Assembly (NCBI GenBank): GCA_019308925.1
Contig: JAFDHG010000003.1
Location: 3,367 to 67,366 of the forward strand
Source of the DNA: Deltaproteobacteria bacterium
Lineage (GTDB): Bacteria > Desulfobacterota > B13-G15 > RBG-16-54-18
Direction: 5' to 3'
DNA: 64,000 nucleotides
This document shows positions 1 through 9,460 of this stretch, piece after piece. Made by a program: the position numbers and the translations under genes. Under the pieces are notes generated by a model. The model saw nothing but the letters and a program-made list of their open reading frames with translations, searched no databases and was not told where the DNA came from. Each line of letters starts with the position of its first letter. The stretch's first letter is position 1.

Positions 1-41
1 GGACAAGAGCAGGAAGAAGAGGGGATATAAGGCCTTTTCTC

Positions 42-881
42 TCAACTTTGCACCTTTTGTGCGATGGTCGTCTTGCTCACCCCAGGCAACAAGATCTTTC
101 CCCAAGATAATTGATGGAGGACCTCCGCCACGTTGCCGAAGAGGAGCCCTGCCAATCTACCTGCCACATTTGGGGGGTTAGTGAAGCCCCCGACGAAGGT
201 CTTTATCTTTTTAAACCCCGCCTCTTCCAAGGCCCTGCGCATGGTCCTGGGGGAGAAGTCGCTGAGATGGAAAGGGAGGTGGTAAAGTTGGTCCTTTATT
301 CTCAAAAGGGAGAGGATATCTTTTATGGGGGTGGTGTGGGGGTAGCGCAGTAAGATCATCCCCCCAGGCCGCAATATCCTGTAGACCTCTGTGAGGAAGG
401 CCAGGGGATCGGGGAGATGCTCTATCACGTAAAAGGCAGTGACCACGTCAAACTCCCCCTCCCGAAAAGAGGTCTTCTCCCAAGGTATAGGAAGGATAGA
501 CAGCCCAAACCTTTCCCGGCCATATCGCACCCCTGATGGGGAGACCTCCACTCCCTTGACCTTCCACCCCCTGGCCTGCATCAAGGCGAGGAAGAAGCCA
601 TATCCCGCCCCCACATCCAGGATCCTCCCCCGGGGGATGTATCGCTCGATGAGGTCTGCCCCTTTTCTGAAGACTGGCTCCATCATCCTTTCCCAGGCCT
701 CAATTTCGCCTTCTCCCTCGGGGAGGTAGGTTTGATAGGCCTCCCATAATTCTTGTGGTGAGGGGCGGGGATTTTGATAGACAAAACCACACGCAGGACA
801 ACGGAACATGGCATAATCACCCTCTTGGTGGAGTCTCTTTCCTCCGTCAGCACCGCAGAGGGGACAGGAGATCCACTCCAC
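42..881 (-). CDS. Class I SAM-dependent methyltransferase with N-terminal CxxC...CxxC zinc-ribbon
   Basis: 279-aa ORF; N-terminal CPLCG...CPACG motif; SAM-binding motif ILDVGAGYGFF; acidic post-motif DVV. Confidence 0.7.
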   Translation of the reverse strand: MEWISCPLCGADGGKRLHQEGDYAMFRCPACGFVYQNPRPSPQELWEAYQTYLPEGEGEIEAWERMMEPVFRKGADLIERYIPRGRILDVGAGYGFFLALMQARGWKVKGVEVSPSGVRYGRERFGLSILPIPWEKTSFREGEFDVVTAFYVIEHLPDPLAFLTEVYRILRPGGMILLRYPHTTPIKDILSLLRIKDQLYHLPFHLSDFSPRTMRRALEEAGFKKIKTFVGGFTNPPNVAGRLAGLLFGNVAEVLHQLSWGKILLPGVSKTTIAQKVQS

Positions 882-1078
882 CCCCTATCTCCTTTTGACC
901 AAAAAGGCCTCCATATCCCATAGGAGGGCCCACACCACCTTCTCGAAGGACCTGCCCGCCGCTGCATGTCCGTAGTGATTTCTTAAAGTACCCACCTTCC
1001 TGGAGGTCACCCCCTTGTAGTTCTTCTTCAGGTAGACCCTCTTGCCCCCTGGATACAAGTGTGGCGTGCGATTGAAGG

Positions 1079-1621
1079 TTACTTCCCGATCTTATATCGG
1101 TAGACGAGCTTGGCTGCTGCCTCGGCGTTTCTCTCCATGGCGTAATCCACTGTATCTTCTCTATAATGAGCGCCAGTCCTCAGATCGGTCTCATAGATGA
1201 CCTCCCCGCTATCCCTATCGATGAACTTATAGTGGGCGGCAAAGGCGGCTGTCGAGGTGTACTCCCCTCCGGGGATGAAGGAGCGCCTTATACGCCTCCC
1301 CACACTAGGTCTGGTATACTCCTTTACCTCTCCCTTGATGAGAAGGGTCTTCTTACCTGCGGGGATCTCCTTAACCCCCTCCTTGACCACTATCTCAAAG
1401 AGACCGAATTTCTGAGAATACCTGCGGAGCTGGTAGACCACCTTCTCGGCGATCCGAGGACCTGCATAATCAGGGGCAGGAATGTTGAGGGGGACCTCAA
1501 ACTCCTGGACCACCGCTGCGTTATAATCCTTGAAAAAAAGCTCTGCCCCTACGGCCATGTTGCTGGCCCCAAAGACCATGGCCAATACCAAAAAGATGCC
1601 CAAAAACCTGTTGATCTTCAT
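1079..1621 (-). CDS. Secreted or lipoprotein-like hypothetical protein
   Basis: 180-aa ORF with N-terminal signal peptide (MKINRFLGIFLVLAMVFGASNMAVGA); no recognisable catalytic motif. Confidence 0.5.
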   Translation of the reverse strand: MKINRFLGIFLVLAMVFGASNMAVGAELFFKDYNAAVVQEFEVPLNIPAPDYAGPRIAEKVVYQLRRYSQKFGLFEIVVKEGVKEIPAGKKTLLIKGEVKEYTRPSVGRRIRRSFIPGGEYTSTAAFAAHYKFIDRDSGEVIYETDLRTGAHYREDTVDYAMERNAEAAAKLVYRYKIGK

Positions 1622-1702
1622 ACCTTTTCCTCCTTTTTGCTTTTTATTTTTGCCTATTACTTTTTCCCCACCTTATAGAGATAGACGATCTTGGCGATAA
1701 GT

Positions 1703-2371
1703 TCAATACGACTCAATCCACATCTCAATGGCCTGGGGGTATATCCTCCAGGCCTGCAGGGCCGAGCGCCGCAATAGTCTATTGCACTCCTCCAGGGTGA
1801 AGGAGGCCTTGAGCGAGTTCCAAAGCCCGTCTCTTGCCTTCTCCTCCCTGATCATGAGACGCCACAGGAGGTCAAAAAAGATGGCCAGGGACTTAGGGGC
1901 ATCCCGGCGAAGGTCCACCATAACAAACCTTCCCCCCTCTTTCAAGACCCTAGCGACCTCGTTGAAGAAGGGGAGGGGGTCTTCCAGGTGGTGAAGGGTA
2001 TTCACACAGATTACCAGATCTATTGTCTTATCCTTCAGCGGAAGGGCATAGGCGGAGCCTAACTGAAAGTGTACCCGATCTTCTAGGCCTATCTCCTTGG
2101 CATTTGCCTGGGCCACTTTGACCATGGCCGGTGAGAGGTCAATGGCCAGAAACTCTATCTCAGGCAGGGATCTGGCGATCCATAGGGGAAAGACCCCCGG
2201 GCCTGTGCCCACATCCAGGGCGAGACCCCTCTCTACCCCCCGGGCCCTGATCCTGGAAAGGACCCTCTTGACCGGGAACCCCATATACCTCTTGGCCATA
2301 CGGCTGTAATAATCCGTCAGGGACTCATCTTCCAATGGGCTGGCCTCAGGTATCCTCTTTTCGGAGATCAT
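1703..2371 (-). CDS. Class I SAM-dependent methyltransferase (UbiE/COQ5-like)
   Basis: 222 aa; motif LDVGTGPGVFPLWIA; 4-nt overlap with the upstream hotdog gene. Confidence 0.7.
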   Translation of the reverse strand: MISEKRIPEASPLEDESLTDYYSRMAKRYMGFPVKRVLSRIRARGVERGLALDVGTGPGVFPLWIARSLPEIEFLAIDLSPAMVKVAQANAKEIGLEDRVHFQLGSAYALPLKDKTIDLVICVNTLHHLEDPLPFFNEVARVLKEGGRFVMVDLRRDAPKSLAIFFDLLWRLMIREEKARDGLWNSLKASFTLEECNRLLRRSALQAWRIYPQAIEMWIESY

Positions 2372-2790
2372 CTTGTCCCTTCTGCCAAGACCAATACCCC
2401 CTGAGCCACCGTCTCCCCTTCTGCCTCGGCCCTTACCCGTACCTTGGCCATCCCACTGAAACGGAACTCCACCTCGGCACAGAGCTTGAGCCGGCCCCCA
2501 GGCCTTAACGCCTTCTCAAATTTCATCTCCTCTACCTTTACCAAGACCCCGGTTCCTCCTTCCCTTGTGCTCAGCAGGGCGATCCCTCCTGTCTGGGCCA
2601 AGGCCTCCAAGATGAGGCCCTCGGGTATGCAGGGGTCCCGGGGATAGTGACCTGAGAGGAAGAAGTCGTCAAAGCTCACCACTTTTATCGCTATAGCCCT
2701 GCGGCCGGGCTCCAGCTCAATCACCCGGTCGATCATGAGGAAGGGGTAGCAGTGGGGCAGACCTTTTTTCACATCTTGATCTGCTTTCAC
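2368..2790 (-). CDS. FabZ-like 3-hydroxyacyl-ACP dehydratase (hotdog fold)
   Basis: 140 aa; PHCYPFLMIDRV...FFLSGHYP...PEGLILEALAQ closely parallels the FabZ catalytic His/Glu motifs. Confidence 0.7.
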   Translation of the reverse strand: MKADQDVKKGLPHCYPFLMIDRVIELEPGRRAIAIKVVSFDDFFLSGHYPRDPCIPEGLILEALAQTGGIALLSTREGGTGVLVKVEEMKFEKALRPGGRLKLCAEVEFRFSGMAKVRVRAEAEGETVAQGVLVLAEGTR

Positions 2791-2794
2791 CTCT

Positions 2795-3280
2795 TTATCC
2801 TCCCTTCAGGACCCACCATATCCCTATCGCCCCCTTCATCAACCCCACGGTCAGGGAGATACCCAGCAATGATCCGATCACCAGGAGGGTTGCCCCCTTG
2901 ATTCTCCCCTTGCCCAGAAGATAGGCGACCACAGTGGCCGAGAGCACCCCAAAACCCCTGATGGGGAGGGCGCACAGCAGCACGATCCCCACATCCCCCA
3001 GAGAGGAGACCCTCTGGACGAGCTTCTTGCGTTGCCAAGCCTCTGAGGCCCTTTTTATCCTCGTTTTCACCCACCTCAAAAGGGGGATGCGGGAGGAACG
3101 CTCCAAGAGGAAACCGTATACAGGGATCTGGATGAAGTCGTATCCCCAGGCCAGGGGGAGATAGAGATGGAGAGGGAGGTGGTTGATAATGGCATAGACC
3201 ACAGAGGCGGTCCTCCCAATGGTAAAGTGTAGCAGGGTGAAGATCAAAAAGGCGCTCTCCGGCGACCTAAAGAACTCCAT
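2795..3280 (-). CDS. Small integral membrane protein, function unknown
   Basis: Several hydrophobic segments; start chosen at an internal Met (MEFFRSP) to limit overlap with the upstream ketoacyl synthase gene; start uncertain. Confidence 0.4.
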   Translation of the reverse strand: MEFFRSPESAFLIFTLLHFTIGRTASVVYAIINHLPLHLYLPLAWGYDFIQIPVYGFLLERSSRIPLLRWVKTRIKRASEAWQRKKLVQRVSSLGDVGIVLLCALPIRGFGVLSATVVAYLLGKGRIKGATLLVIGSLLGISLTVGLMKGAIGIWWVLKGG

Positions 3281-4478
3281 CGTCACTCCCCAGGAGGATG
3301 GATATATATGTCCCATCCAGAGAGATCCCGGTGTGCAAGATTGTCCTGACCAGGGTCTTTTGAATAGCCTTCACGACCATTAGACCACATTTTGGATCGG
3401 GATATTCATAAGTTATGGTGGGGGGGATGACCCCCCTGTCCATAATCAGAAGGTCCGCCACCATCCTTATCCCCCCTGAGGCGATTCCCTCCCCCACCAT
3501 CGACTTGATGGAGCTGAGGGGGATATTGAGATAGCGGTTGGGAATGGCGAGCCTTATCCCCTCGGCCTCTACGGCATCCACTTTTGGTGAGGAGTTCCCC
3601 GCGCCATCGATGAAATCGACTGTTTTCACCCCTCCTCTTTTCAGGGCACCAGATATGGAGCGAGCCACCTTTTCACCCGGACCCAGCGTCCCGGCCGTTG
3701 CGGCGAAGCCCAGGATCTGCCCGTAGATCCGCGCCCTCCTCCGCAGCGCATCTTCCCTCCTCTCCAAGACCAGGATCCCGGCCCCTTCTCCAGGGATAAA
3801 TCCGTTTCTCTTTAGGTCATAGGGGGCGCTCCTTTCACCTTCGCCCTCATCCCAGGCCGTCAGGTGCAGTTCGTTCCACCCCCGGTATAAGATGGGGCTC
3901 AGTTCGTCTATCCCCCCTGTCAAGATGGCATCGGCCCTCTTGGTGATCAACTGTTGGTAGCCGAAGACAAAGGCCGCCTCTGCGGTGCAGAAGGACTGGA
4001 CCACGGTACTGTTGGGCCCCTTTATCCCCAGCTCGATGGAGGCATTGCTGGCCGCCGCATTAGGGACGGTATTGGGAAAGAGGATAGGGTTGAGATCCCC
4101 AGATCCCCTCAGCACCTGCCCCCGATGGAAGGCCTCAGAGTTGGCCAGGCCGCAGAAGCCAGAGCCGAGGATAATACCGACCCTCTCCGCGGGGATGTCC
4201 TCCCCGATCTTGAGACCGGCGTCCTCCAGGGCCATCCTGGAAGAGGCGATGGCAAATTGGCTGGCCCTGTCCAGTCTCCTGACCTTTATCGAGGGGATAA
4301 ACGCCTTGGGATCAAACCCCTTCACCAACCCACCTTTTTTCGATCTAAAGGGGGTGGTGTCAAACTCTACGATCTCCTTTATCCCGTTCCTCCCCTGCGT
4401 CAATCCCCTCCAGAGCTCCTTCTTCCCCACGCCCAAGGGACTTATTGCCCCCAGTCCTGTTATCACCACCTCTCCCAT
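3267..4478 (-). CDS. Ketoacyl-ACP synthase paralog lacking both catalytic histidines
   Basis: 403 aa, thiolase fold, N-terminal VVITGLGAISPLG; active-site Cys region GPNSTVVQSFCTAE is present, but the FabF HGT motif reads DGAGNSS and the second His motif reads SMVGEGIASGG. Confidence 0.7.
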   Translation of the reverse strand: MGEVVITGLGAISPLGVGKKELWRGLTQGRNGIKEIVEFDTTPFRSKKGGLVKGFDPKAFIPSIKVRRLDRASQFAIASSRMALEDAGLKIGEDIPAERVGIILGSGFCGLANSEAFHRGQVLRGSGDLNPILFPNTVPNAAASNASIELGIKGPNSTVVQSFCTAEAAFVFGYQQLITKRADAILTGGIDELSPILYRGWNELHLTAWDEGEGERSAPYDLKRNGFIPGEGAGILVLERREDALRRRARIYGQILGFAATAGTLGPGEKVARSISGALKRGGVKTVDFIDGAGNSSPKVDAVEAEGIRLAIPNRYLNIPLSSIKSMVGEGIASGGIRMVADLLIMDRGVIPPTITYEYPDPKCGLMVVKAIQKTLVRTILHTGISLDGTYISILLGSDDGVL

Positions 4479-4483
4479 AAGGT

Positions 4484-5701
4484 CTATAGGTCCTCCTTTG
4501 CGAAGATCAGTGCCGTGCAGTTGCCACCGAAGGCAAAGGAGTTGGACAGGACGATCTCCGTCTTCTCTTTCCTGGCCAGAGGGACATAATCGAGATCGCA
4601 GATCTCGTCCCCCCGCTCAAATCCGGCGGTGGGGGGGAGAAAGTGGTGATGGATGGCCAACAGTGAGGCCACCGCCTCCATCCCTCCTGCGGCCCCCAGA
4701 CAGTGTCCGATCATAGATTTGGTGGAGCTGACAGGGATTTGATACGCCTCCTGTCCCCATACCTCCTTTATGGCCAGGGTCTCCACTCGGTCGTTGAGGA
4801 TGGTCCCGGTGCCATGGGCGTTGATGTAATCGACCTCTTTTGCCTCAATCCCGGCATCCTGCAGGGCCTCTTTCATGATCCTCGCCTCCTCCCTCCCCGT
4901 CTCCTCTGGCGCGGTGATGTGGAAGGCCTCTCCTCCAATGGAGTAGCCCAGGAGCTCCCCGTATATCTTTGCCCCTCTCCCCAAGGCCCTCTCCCTATTC
5001 TCCAGGATCAGTATCGCTGCCCCCTCCCCCAGGGAAAGCCCTTGTCGGCGGGTGTCAAAGGGGCGACATGGTAAGGAAGCCATGACCTTCAATGAGCAGA
5101 ACCCGCCGAAGGTAAGCTCACTTAAGGCCTCCCCCCCACCGCAGACCATCACCTCGGCCTCCCCCAATCTGATGAGTTCGGCCCCGTAGGCGATGGAGGT
5201 GGCAGAGGAGCTGCAGGCGGTGGTGATGGTCGCCTTGGGGCCTTGAAGCTCGTACCTTTCAGCCAATTGATCAGTGGCATAGCTGGGGATGAAGGGAACA
5301 AGGAGAGATGGCCTGGGCCTTGCTCCTGCTAAGAGTTGACGGTGGTACACCTCAGCTGAGTGCATACCCCCTGCACCTGCCCCGAGGCAGACCCCTATCA
5401 TCTCCCTATCGCCTGGTCCGGGCCTCAGCTCGGCATCGGCGAGGGCCTCTTGGGCAGCGATCAGGACGAACTGATCTGCCCGGGAAAGGCGGCGTAGCTC
5501 CCTTTTGTCAAAAGACCCCAGGGGGTCGTATCTCTCGATCTGCGCCGCCACCTGCGAAGGGTACCCGGATATATCGAAGAGGGTGATCTTCCTGATCCCC
5601 CCTTTCCCCTCCCACAGGGAGGCCATAAACTCCCCTAAATTCCCCCCTGTGGCGCAGATGATCCCCATCCCTGTGATGACCACGCGCTTTTTACCCTTCA
5701 T
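4484..5701 (-). CDS. Beta-ketoacyl-ACP synthase II-like (FabF family)
   Basis: RVVITGMGI...; active Cys in TACSSSATS; catalytic His motifs INAHGTGT and KSMIGHCLGAAG are present; start set at MKGKK to avoid overlap. Confidence 0.8.
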   Translation of the reverse strand: MKGKKRVVITGMGIICATGGNLGEFMASLWEGKGGIRKITLFDISGYPSQVAAQIERYDPLGSFDKRELRRLSRADQFVLIAAQEALADAELRPGPGDREMIGVCLGAGAGGMHSAEVYHRQLLAGARPRPSLLVPFIPSYATDQLAERYELQGPKATITTACSSSATSIAYGAELIRLGEAEVMVCGGGEALSELTFGGFCSLKVMASLPCRPFDTRRQGLSLGEGAAILILENRERALGRGAKIYGELLGYSIGGEAFHITAPEETGREEARIMKEALQDAGIEAKEVDYINAHGTGTILNDRVETLAIKEVWGQEAYQIPVSSTKSMIGHCLGAAGGMEAVASLLAIHHHFLPPTAGFERGDEICDLDYVPLARKEKTEIVLSNSFAFGGNCTALIFAKEDL

Positions 5702-6722
5702 TTTCCTTTCTCTGGGCAATCAGGTCCAAGAAGGCCTCCATGCGTGTCTTCATCCCCTCCAAGGTGGTGTGTTCGTCGAAGGTAAGGGTCATGAAGGGGA
5801 TATTCCCCCTCCTGTTCGTCCCCACCATCCTTTTGAGAAACTCTTGCATCAGGGCATCTATGCCGCACTTAAAGGAGGTGACAAAGACAATGCCGTCGAC
5901 ACCCCCCTGTTCGGCGAAGTAGAGGATGCTCCCCACTACCTCCCTCGCAGTCTCCCAGTAGATCTCCTTGGATAGCAAGGAGACCCTCCGCTCCCTTTCT
6001 TTAAGGGGTATTATATCAGAGGTCACTATCTTTGTCCCCCATCCCTTGGCCAGGGTGAGGAGGTCTTTGTTGATGAAGGGGTCAAAGAGGTTATAGGGAC
6101 GGCCGATGAAGGCTACCTTAAATTGGTAGTCCCTTTCCTCTGCCGAAGGGGTAGGGAGCGCTGGATCAAAGATCTCCTCTGTCCGCATGGTGTTTATCCT
6201 TTCAGTCAGCTCCCTGCTAAATATCCGGTAGCGCTCCTGTCCCATCTGGTATGCCTGACGCACTTTTTGGGGGTCTATTACCGTTCGTTTCGCCATGTCG
6301 AGGAAGAAGTTGTGCAGTCCCTTTCTCCCCTGGCGCAGGTCTATCACCCCATCCCAGATCTCCAGCTTCCCCTTCAAGGCCAATCTCAGCACATCGGGTG
6401 CCCCTCGGAACTTGGGGCAGAGGATATGGCGGCCCTCCAGACTGATCAAGCGGGGCAGGAAGATGGCATCCACCTTCCCCACCAGGCTTTGGGAGTGGGG
6501 GATCAACAACTTTAAGGGGAGGCAACTATCCTCGTAGTAGGGGATACCTTTTCGCAAGATGTGGTAGACCTCCTCATCGGAGGTCATCACCTCCATCCCC
6601 AATTCCTGCAGGAAGGTCCTCCAGAGGGGGAAAAGCTTGTAATACATCAAGGCCTTGGGGATACCGATGCGCATGAGCAAAAATCCTTTCCTTTTATCGT
6701 CGGCAATTTCAAAAGATATCAT
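5691..6722 (-). CDS. DUF2229-like protein (domain normally partnered with CoA-substrate-specific enzyme activases)
   Basis: 343 aa; MRIGIPKALMYYKLFPLWRTFLQELG resembles the conserved N-terminus of activase-associated DUF2229 proteins; no BadF/BcrA-type ATPase is adjacent. Confidence 0.5.
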   Translation of the reverse strand: MISFEIADDKRKGFLLMRIGIPKALMYYKLFPLWRTFLQELGMEVMTSDEEVYHILRKGIPYYEDSCLPLKLLIPHSQSLVGKVDAIFLPRLISLEGRHILCPKFRGAPDVLRLALKGKLEIWDGVIDLRQGRKGLHNFFLDMAKRTVIDPQKVRQAYQMGQERYRIFSRELTERINTMRTEEIFDPALPTPSAEERDYQFKVAFIGRPYNLFDPFINKDLLTLAKGWGTKIVTSDIIPLKERERRVSLLSKEIYWETAREVVGSILYFAEQGGVDGIVFVTSFKCGIDALMQEFLKRMVGTNRRGNIPFMTLTFDEHTTLEGMKTRMEAFLDLIAQRKENEG

Positions 6723-6822
6723 CGAATGGAGTAGAAGGCAAGCTGGCCAAGAGAAAAGGAGATGTTGACAATCTCTGCTGAGGGGTGCTAATTAAAGGGG
6801 CAGCGAGGAGGCCTTTACCTTT

Positions 6823-7947
6823 ATGTCCCTTTATTCCCATCCTACTATAGCGGAAATAGACTTGGGGGCCCTGGCCTATAATTATCGTCAGTTGCGCCAG
6901 CTTGTCCCCCCTTCGGTCAAGTTCTTGGCGGTGGTGAAGGCCGATGCCTATGGTCATGGGGCGGTCCCCATATCCAAGAGGTTGGAGGAGTTGGGGGCGG
7001 ACCTCCTGGGGGTGGCCACGGTGGAGGAGGGGGTGGAGATGAGGGAGGGGGGGGTCCGCAAACCGATCCTCATCCTGAGCGGCATATATCAGGAGGAGAT
7101 AAAAGAGGTATTGAGATATCGGCTTACCCCCGTGGTCTATCGTCTGGAGATTGCTGAGGAACTCTGTGCCGAGGCGAGCAAGATGGGCAAAAGGGTCCCC
7201 GTCCATATAAAGGTGGACACAGGGATGGGGAGGATAGGTGTCCTCTACGAGGAGGCCCCTGCCTTTTTGAACCATTTGCGGAGCTTAGAGAACATAGAGA
7301 TAGAGGGGGTTGCCTCCCATCTCTCTACGGCCGATGAGGAAGATCCCTCCTTCGCCGAAGAACAACTGAGGAGGTTTTCTTGGACTATAGAGGAGATAAA
7401 AGGGATAGGGATGACCCCGACATTATGCCATATCGCCAACAGCGCTGCCCTATTCAGCCTCCCTGCTGCCCATCTAAACTTGGTGCGGCCTGGGATCATG
7501 CTCTATGGCTCCTATCCTTCACCCTCCTTTAAGGACAAGGTCACCCTGCAGCCGGTGATGTCATGGAAGAGCCGGGTGGCAGACCTAAAGGAGGTCCCCG
7601 AGGGCTTTCCCATAAGCTATGGGCGGACCTTTTTCACCCGGCGCCCCAGCTTCATCGCCGCCATCCCCGTCGGGTATGCCGATGGTTACAGCCGCCTCTT
7701 TTCCAATCGAGGGGAAGTCTTGATAAAGGGCAGAAGGGTGCCGGTGGTGGGGAGGGTCTGTATGGATTGGACCATGGTGGATGTGACAGATGTCCCCGGG
7801 GTTGAGGTGGGTGAGGAGGTGGTGTTGATGGGGAGGCAATTGGATCAGGAGATCACCCCTGAGGAGTTGGGGGAGCGGATCGGGACCATCCCCTATGAGA
7901 TCCTCTGCTCAGTGGGCAAAAGGGTCCCGCGCATCTATAAGGGGTAG
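6823..7947 (+). CDS. alr: Alanine racemase
   Basis: 374 aa; PLP-binding motif AVVKADAYGHG near the N-terminus; typical Alr length. Confidence 0.85.
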   Translation: MSLYSHPTIAEIDLGALAYNYRQLRQLVPPSVKFLAVVKADAYGHGAVPISKRLEELGADLLGVATVEEGVEMREGGVRKPILILSGIYQEEIKEVLRYRLTPVVYRLEIAEELCAEASKMGKRVPVHIKVDTGMGRIGVLYEEAPAFLNHLRSLENIEIEGVASHLSTADEEDPSFAEEQLRRFSWTIEEIKGIGMTPTLCHIANSAALFSLPAAHLNLVRPGIMLYGSYPSPSFKDKVTLQPVMSWKSRVADLKEVPEGFPISYGRTFFTRRPSFIAAIPVGYADGYSRLFSNRGEVLIKGRRVPVVGRVCMDWTMVDVTDVPGVEVGEEVVLMGRQLDQEITPEELGERIGTIPYEILCSVGKRVPRIYKG

Positions 7948-7950
7948 CCT

Positions 7951-8721
7951 ATGTGGAAGGCCGTAAATACCGTGGGAGAAGGGGCAGCCGGGTACCTCAA
8001 GGAGATGGGCAGGATATTTCTCCTCCTTCTGGATACTGCCCGTTGGTCCCTTTATCCCCCCTTCAGGTTTGATCTGCTCTTTCAACAGATGGAGAGGGTG
8101 GGGGTGAGGTCGGTCTTGGTGGTGGTCCTCACCGGGGCCTTTACTGGCATGGTCTTGGCCCTGCAGACCTTTTACGCCACCAGGAAGTTTGGGGCGGAGA
8201 CCATGGTGGGCGTCACCGTGGCCTTAGGTATGGCCAGGGAGCTGGGGCCGGTCCTCACCAGCATCATGGTTACAGGCAGAGCAGGATCAGCCATGGCTGC
8301 GGAGATAGGGACCATGAGGGTCACCGAGCAGATAGATGCCCTCTTCGCCATGGCGGTAAACCCCATCAAGTACCTCATCGTTCCCAGGGTGTTGGCCAGC
8401 ATCTTAGTGGTACCCATTTTGACCATCATTGCCGACTTTGTAGGGATTGTGGGAGGGTATTTCGTAGGGGTGATCATCCTGAGGATCAACGCCGGGGCCT
8501 ATGTGGCCAACATGGAGAAGTATGTGGAGTTGACGGATATAAACAACGGCCTCATCAAGGCGGCGGTCTTTGGCCTCATCCTCTCCATCATCGGGTGTTA
8601 CAAGGGGTTCACCACCACTGGAGGTGCGGAAGGGGTAGGGAAGGCCACCACCCAGAGTGTGGTACTGGCGGCGGTAACCATATTGATGGCGGATTATCTC
8701 TTAACGGCGGCGCTGTTTTAG
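7951..8721 (+). CDS. mlaE: Mla/Ttg2-type ABC transporter permease
   Basis: 256-aa polytopic membrane protein followed by an ABC ATPase and an MCE protein, the classic mlaFED arrangement. Confidence 0.8.
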   Translation: MWKAVNTVGEGAAGYLKEMGRIFLLLLDTARWSLYPPFRFDLLFQQMERVGVRSVLVVVLTGAFTGMVLALQTFYATRKFGAETMVGVTVALGMARELGPVLTSIMVTGRAGSAMAAEIGTMRVTEQIDALFAMAVNPIKYLIVPRVLASILVVPILTIIADFVGIVGGYFVGVIILRINAGAYVANMEKYVELTDINNGLIKAAVFGLILSIIGCYKGFTTTGGAEGVGKATTQSVVLAAVTILMADYLLTAALF

Positions 8722-9456
8722 ATGATCAAGATCAAGGGATTACATAAATCCTTTGGCGAGCAGAAGGTCTTAAACGGCGTGGACCTCCAGATCCCTAAAG
8801 GGCAGACAACGGTCATCGTGGGACGCAGTGGGGTAGGCAAGAGTGTCCTGCTGAAACACATCATTGGACTCCTCCGGCCCGATAAAGGGGAGGTCCGGGT
8901 AGAGGGGGTTGACATCGCCCGTTTGGGGGATAAAGATCTGAACGAGATGAGGAAGAAATTCGGGATGCTCTTTCAGGAGGCGGCCCTCTTTGATTCTATG
9001 ACCGTGGGGGCAAATGTGGCCTTTCCGCTACGTGAGCACACCAAGCTCAAGGAGGAGGATATCAGAAGGATTGTGACCCAAAAACTGGAGCAGGTAGGGC
9101 TCCCCGGTGTGGAGGAGAAGATGCCTGCTGAGCTCAGTGGGGGTATGAAGCGGAGGGTGGGCCTGGCCCGGGCCCTCACCTTGGACCCGGAGATCGTGCT
9201 CTTTGATGAGCCCACCACCGGCCTCGACCCCCCTATGGCCGAGGCCATTGAGGACCTCATCATAGAGACCCAGAGGAGGTTTGGGGAGACCTTTGTGGTC
9301 ATCACCCACGATATCCAGACCACCTTTCACATCGCCCACAAGATAGCTATGTTGCACGATGGCAGGATCGTAGAAGAAGGTCCCCTTGAGGCCTTCAGGA
9401 GGTCGTCGAACCCGGTGGTTCAGTCCTTCCTGGCGAGGGGGGAGAAAAGGAGGTGA
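8722..9456 (+). CDS. mlaF: Mla ABC transporter ATP-binding protein
   Basis: Walker A GRSGVGKS, signature LSGGMKRRV, Walker B VLFDEPT. Confidence 0.8.
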   Translation: MIKIKGLHKSFGEQKVLNGVDLQIPKGQTTVIVGRSGVGKSVLLKHIIGLLRPDKGEVRVEGVDIARLGDKDLNEMRKKFGMLFQEAALFDSMTVGANVAFPLREHTKLKEEDIRRIVTQKLEQVGLPGVEEKMPAELSGGMKRRVGLARALTLDPEIVLFDEPTTGLDPPMAEAIEDLIIETQRRFGETFVVITHDIQTTFHIAHKIAMLHDGRIVEEGPLEAFRRSSNPVVQSFLARGEKRR

Positions 9457-9460
9457 GAGG

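Noticed and set aside
6709-7275. 188-aa minus-strand ORF overlapping alr
   Set aside because: Antisense to alanine racemase; no motifs.
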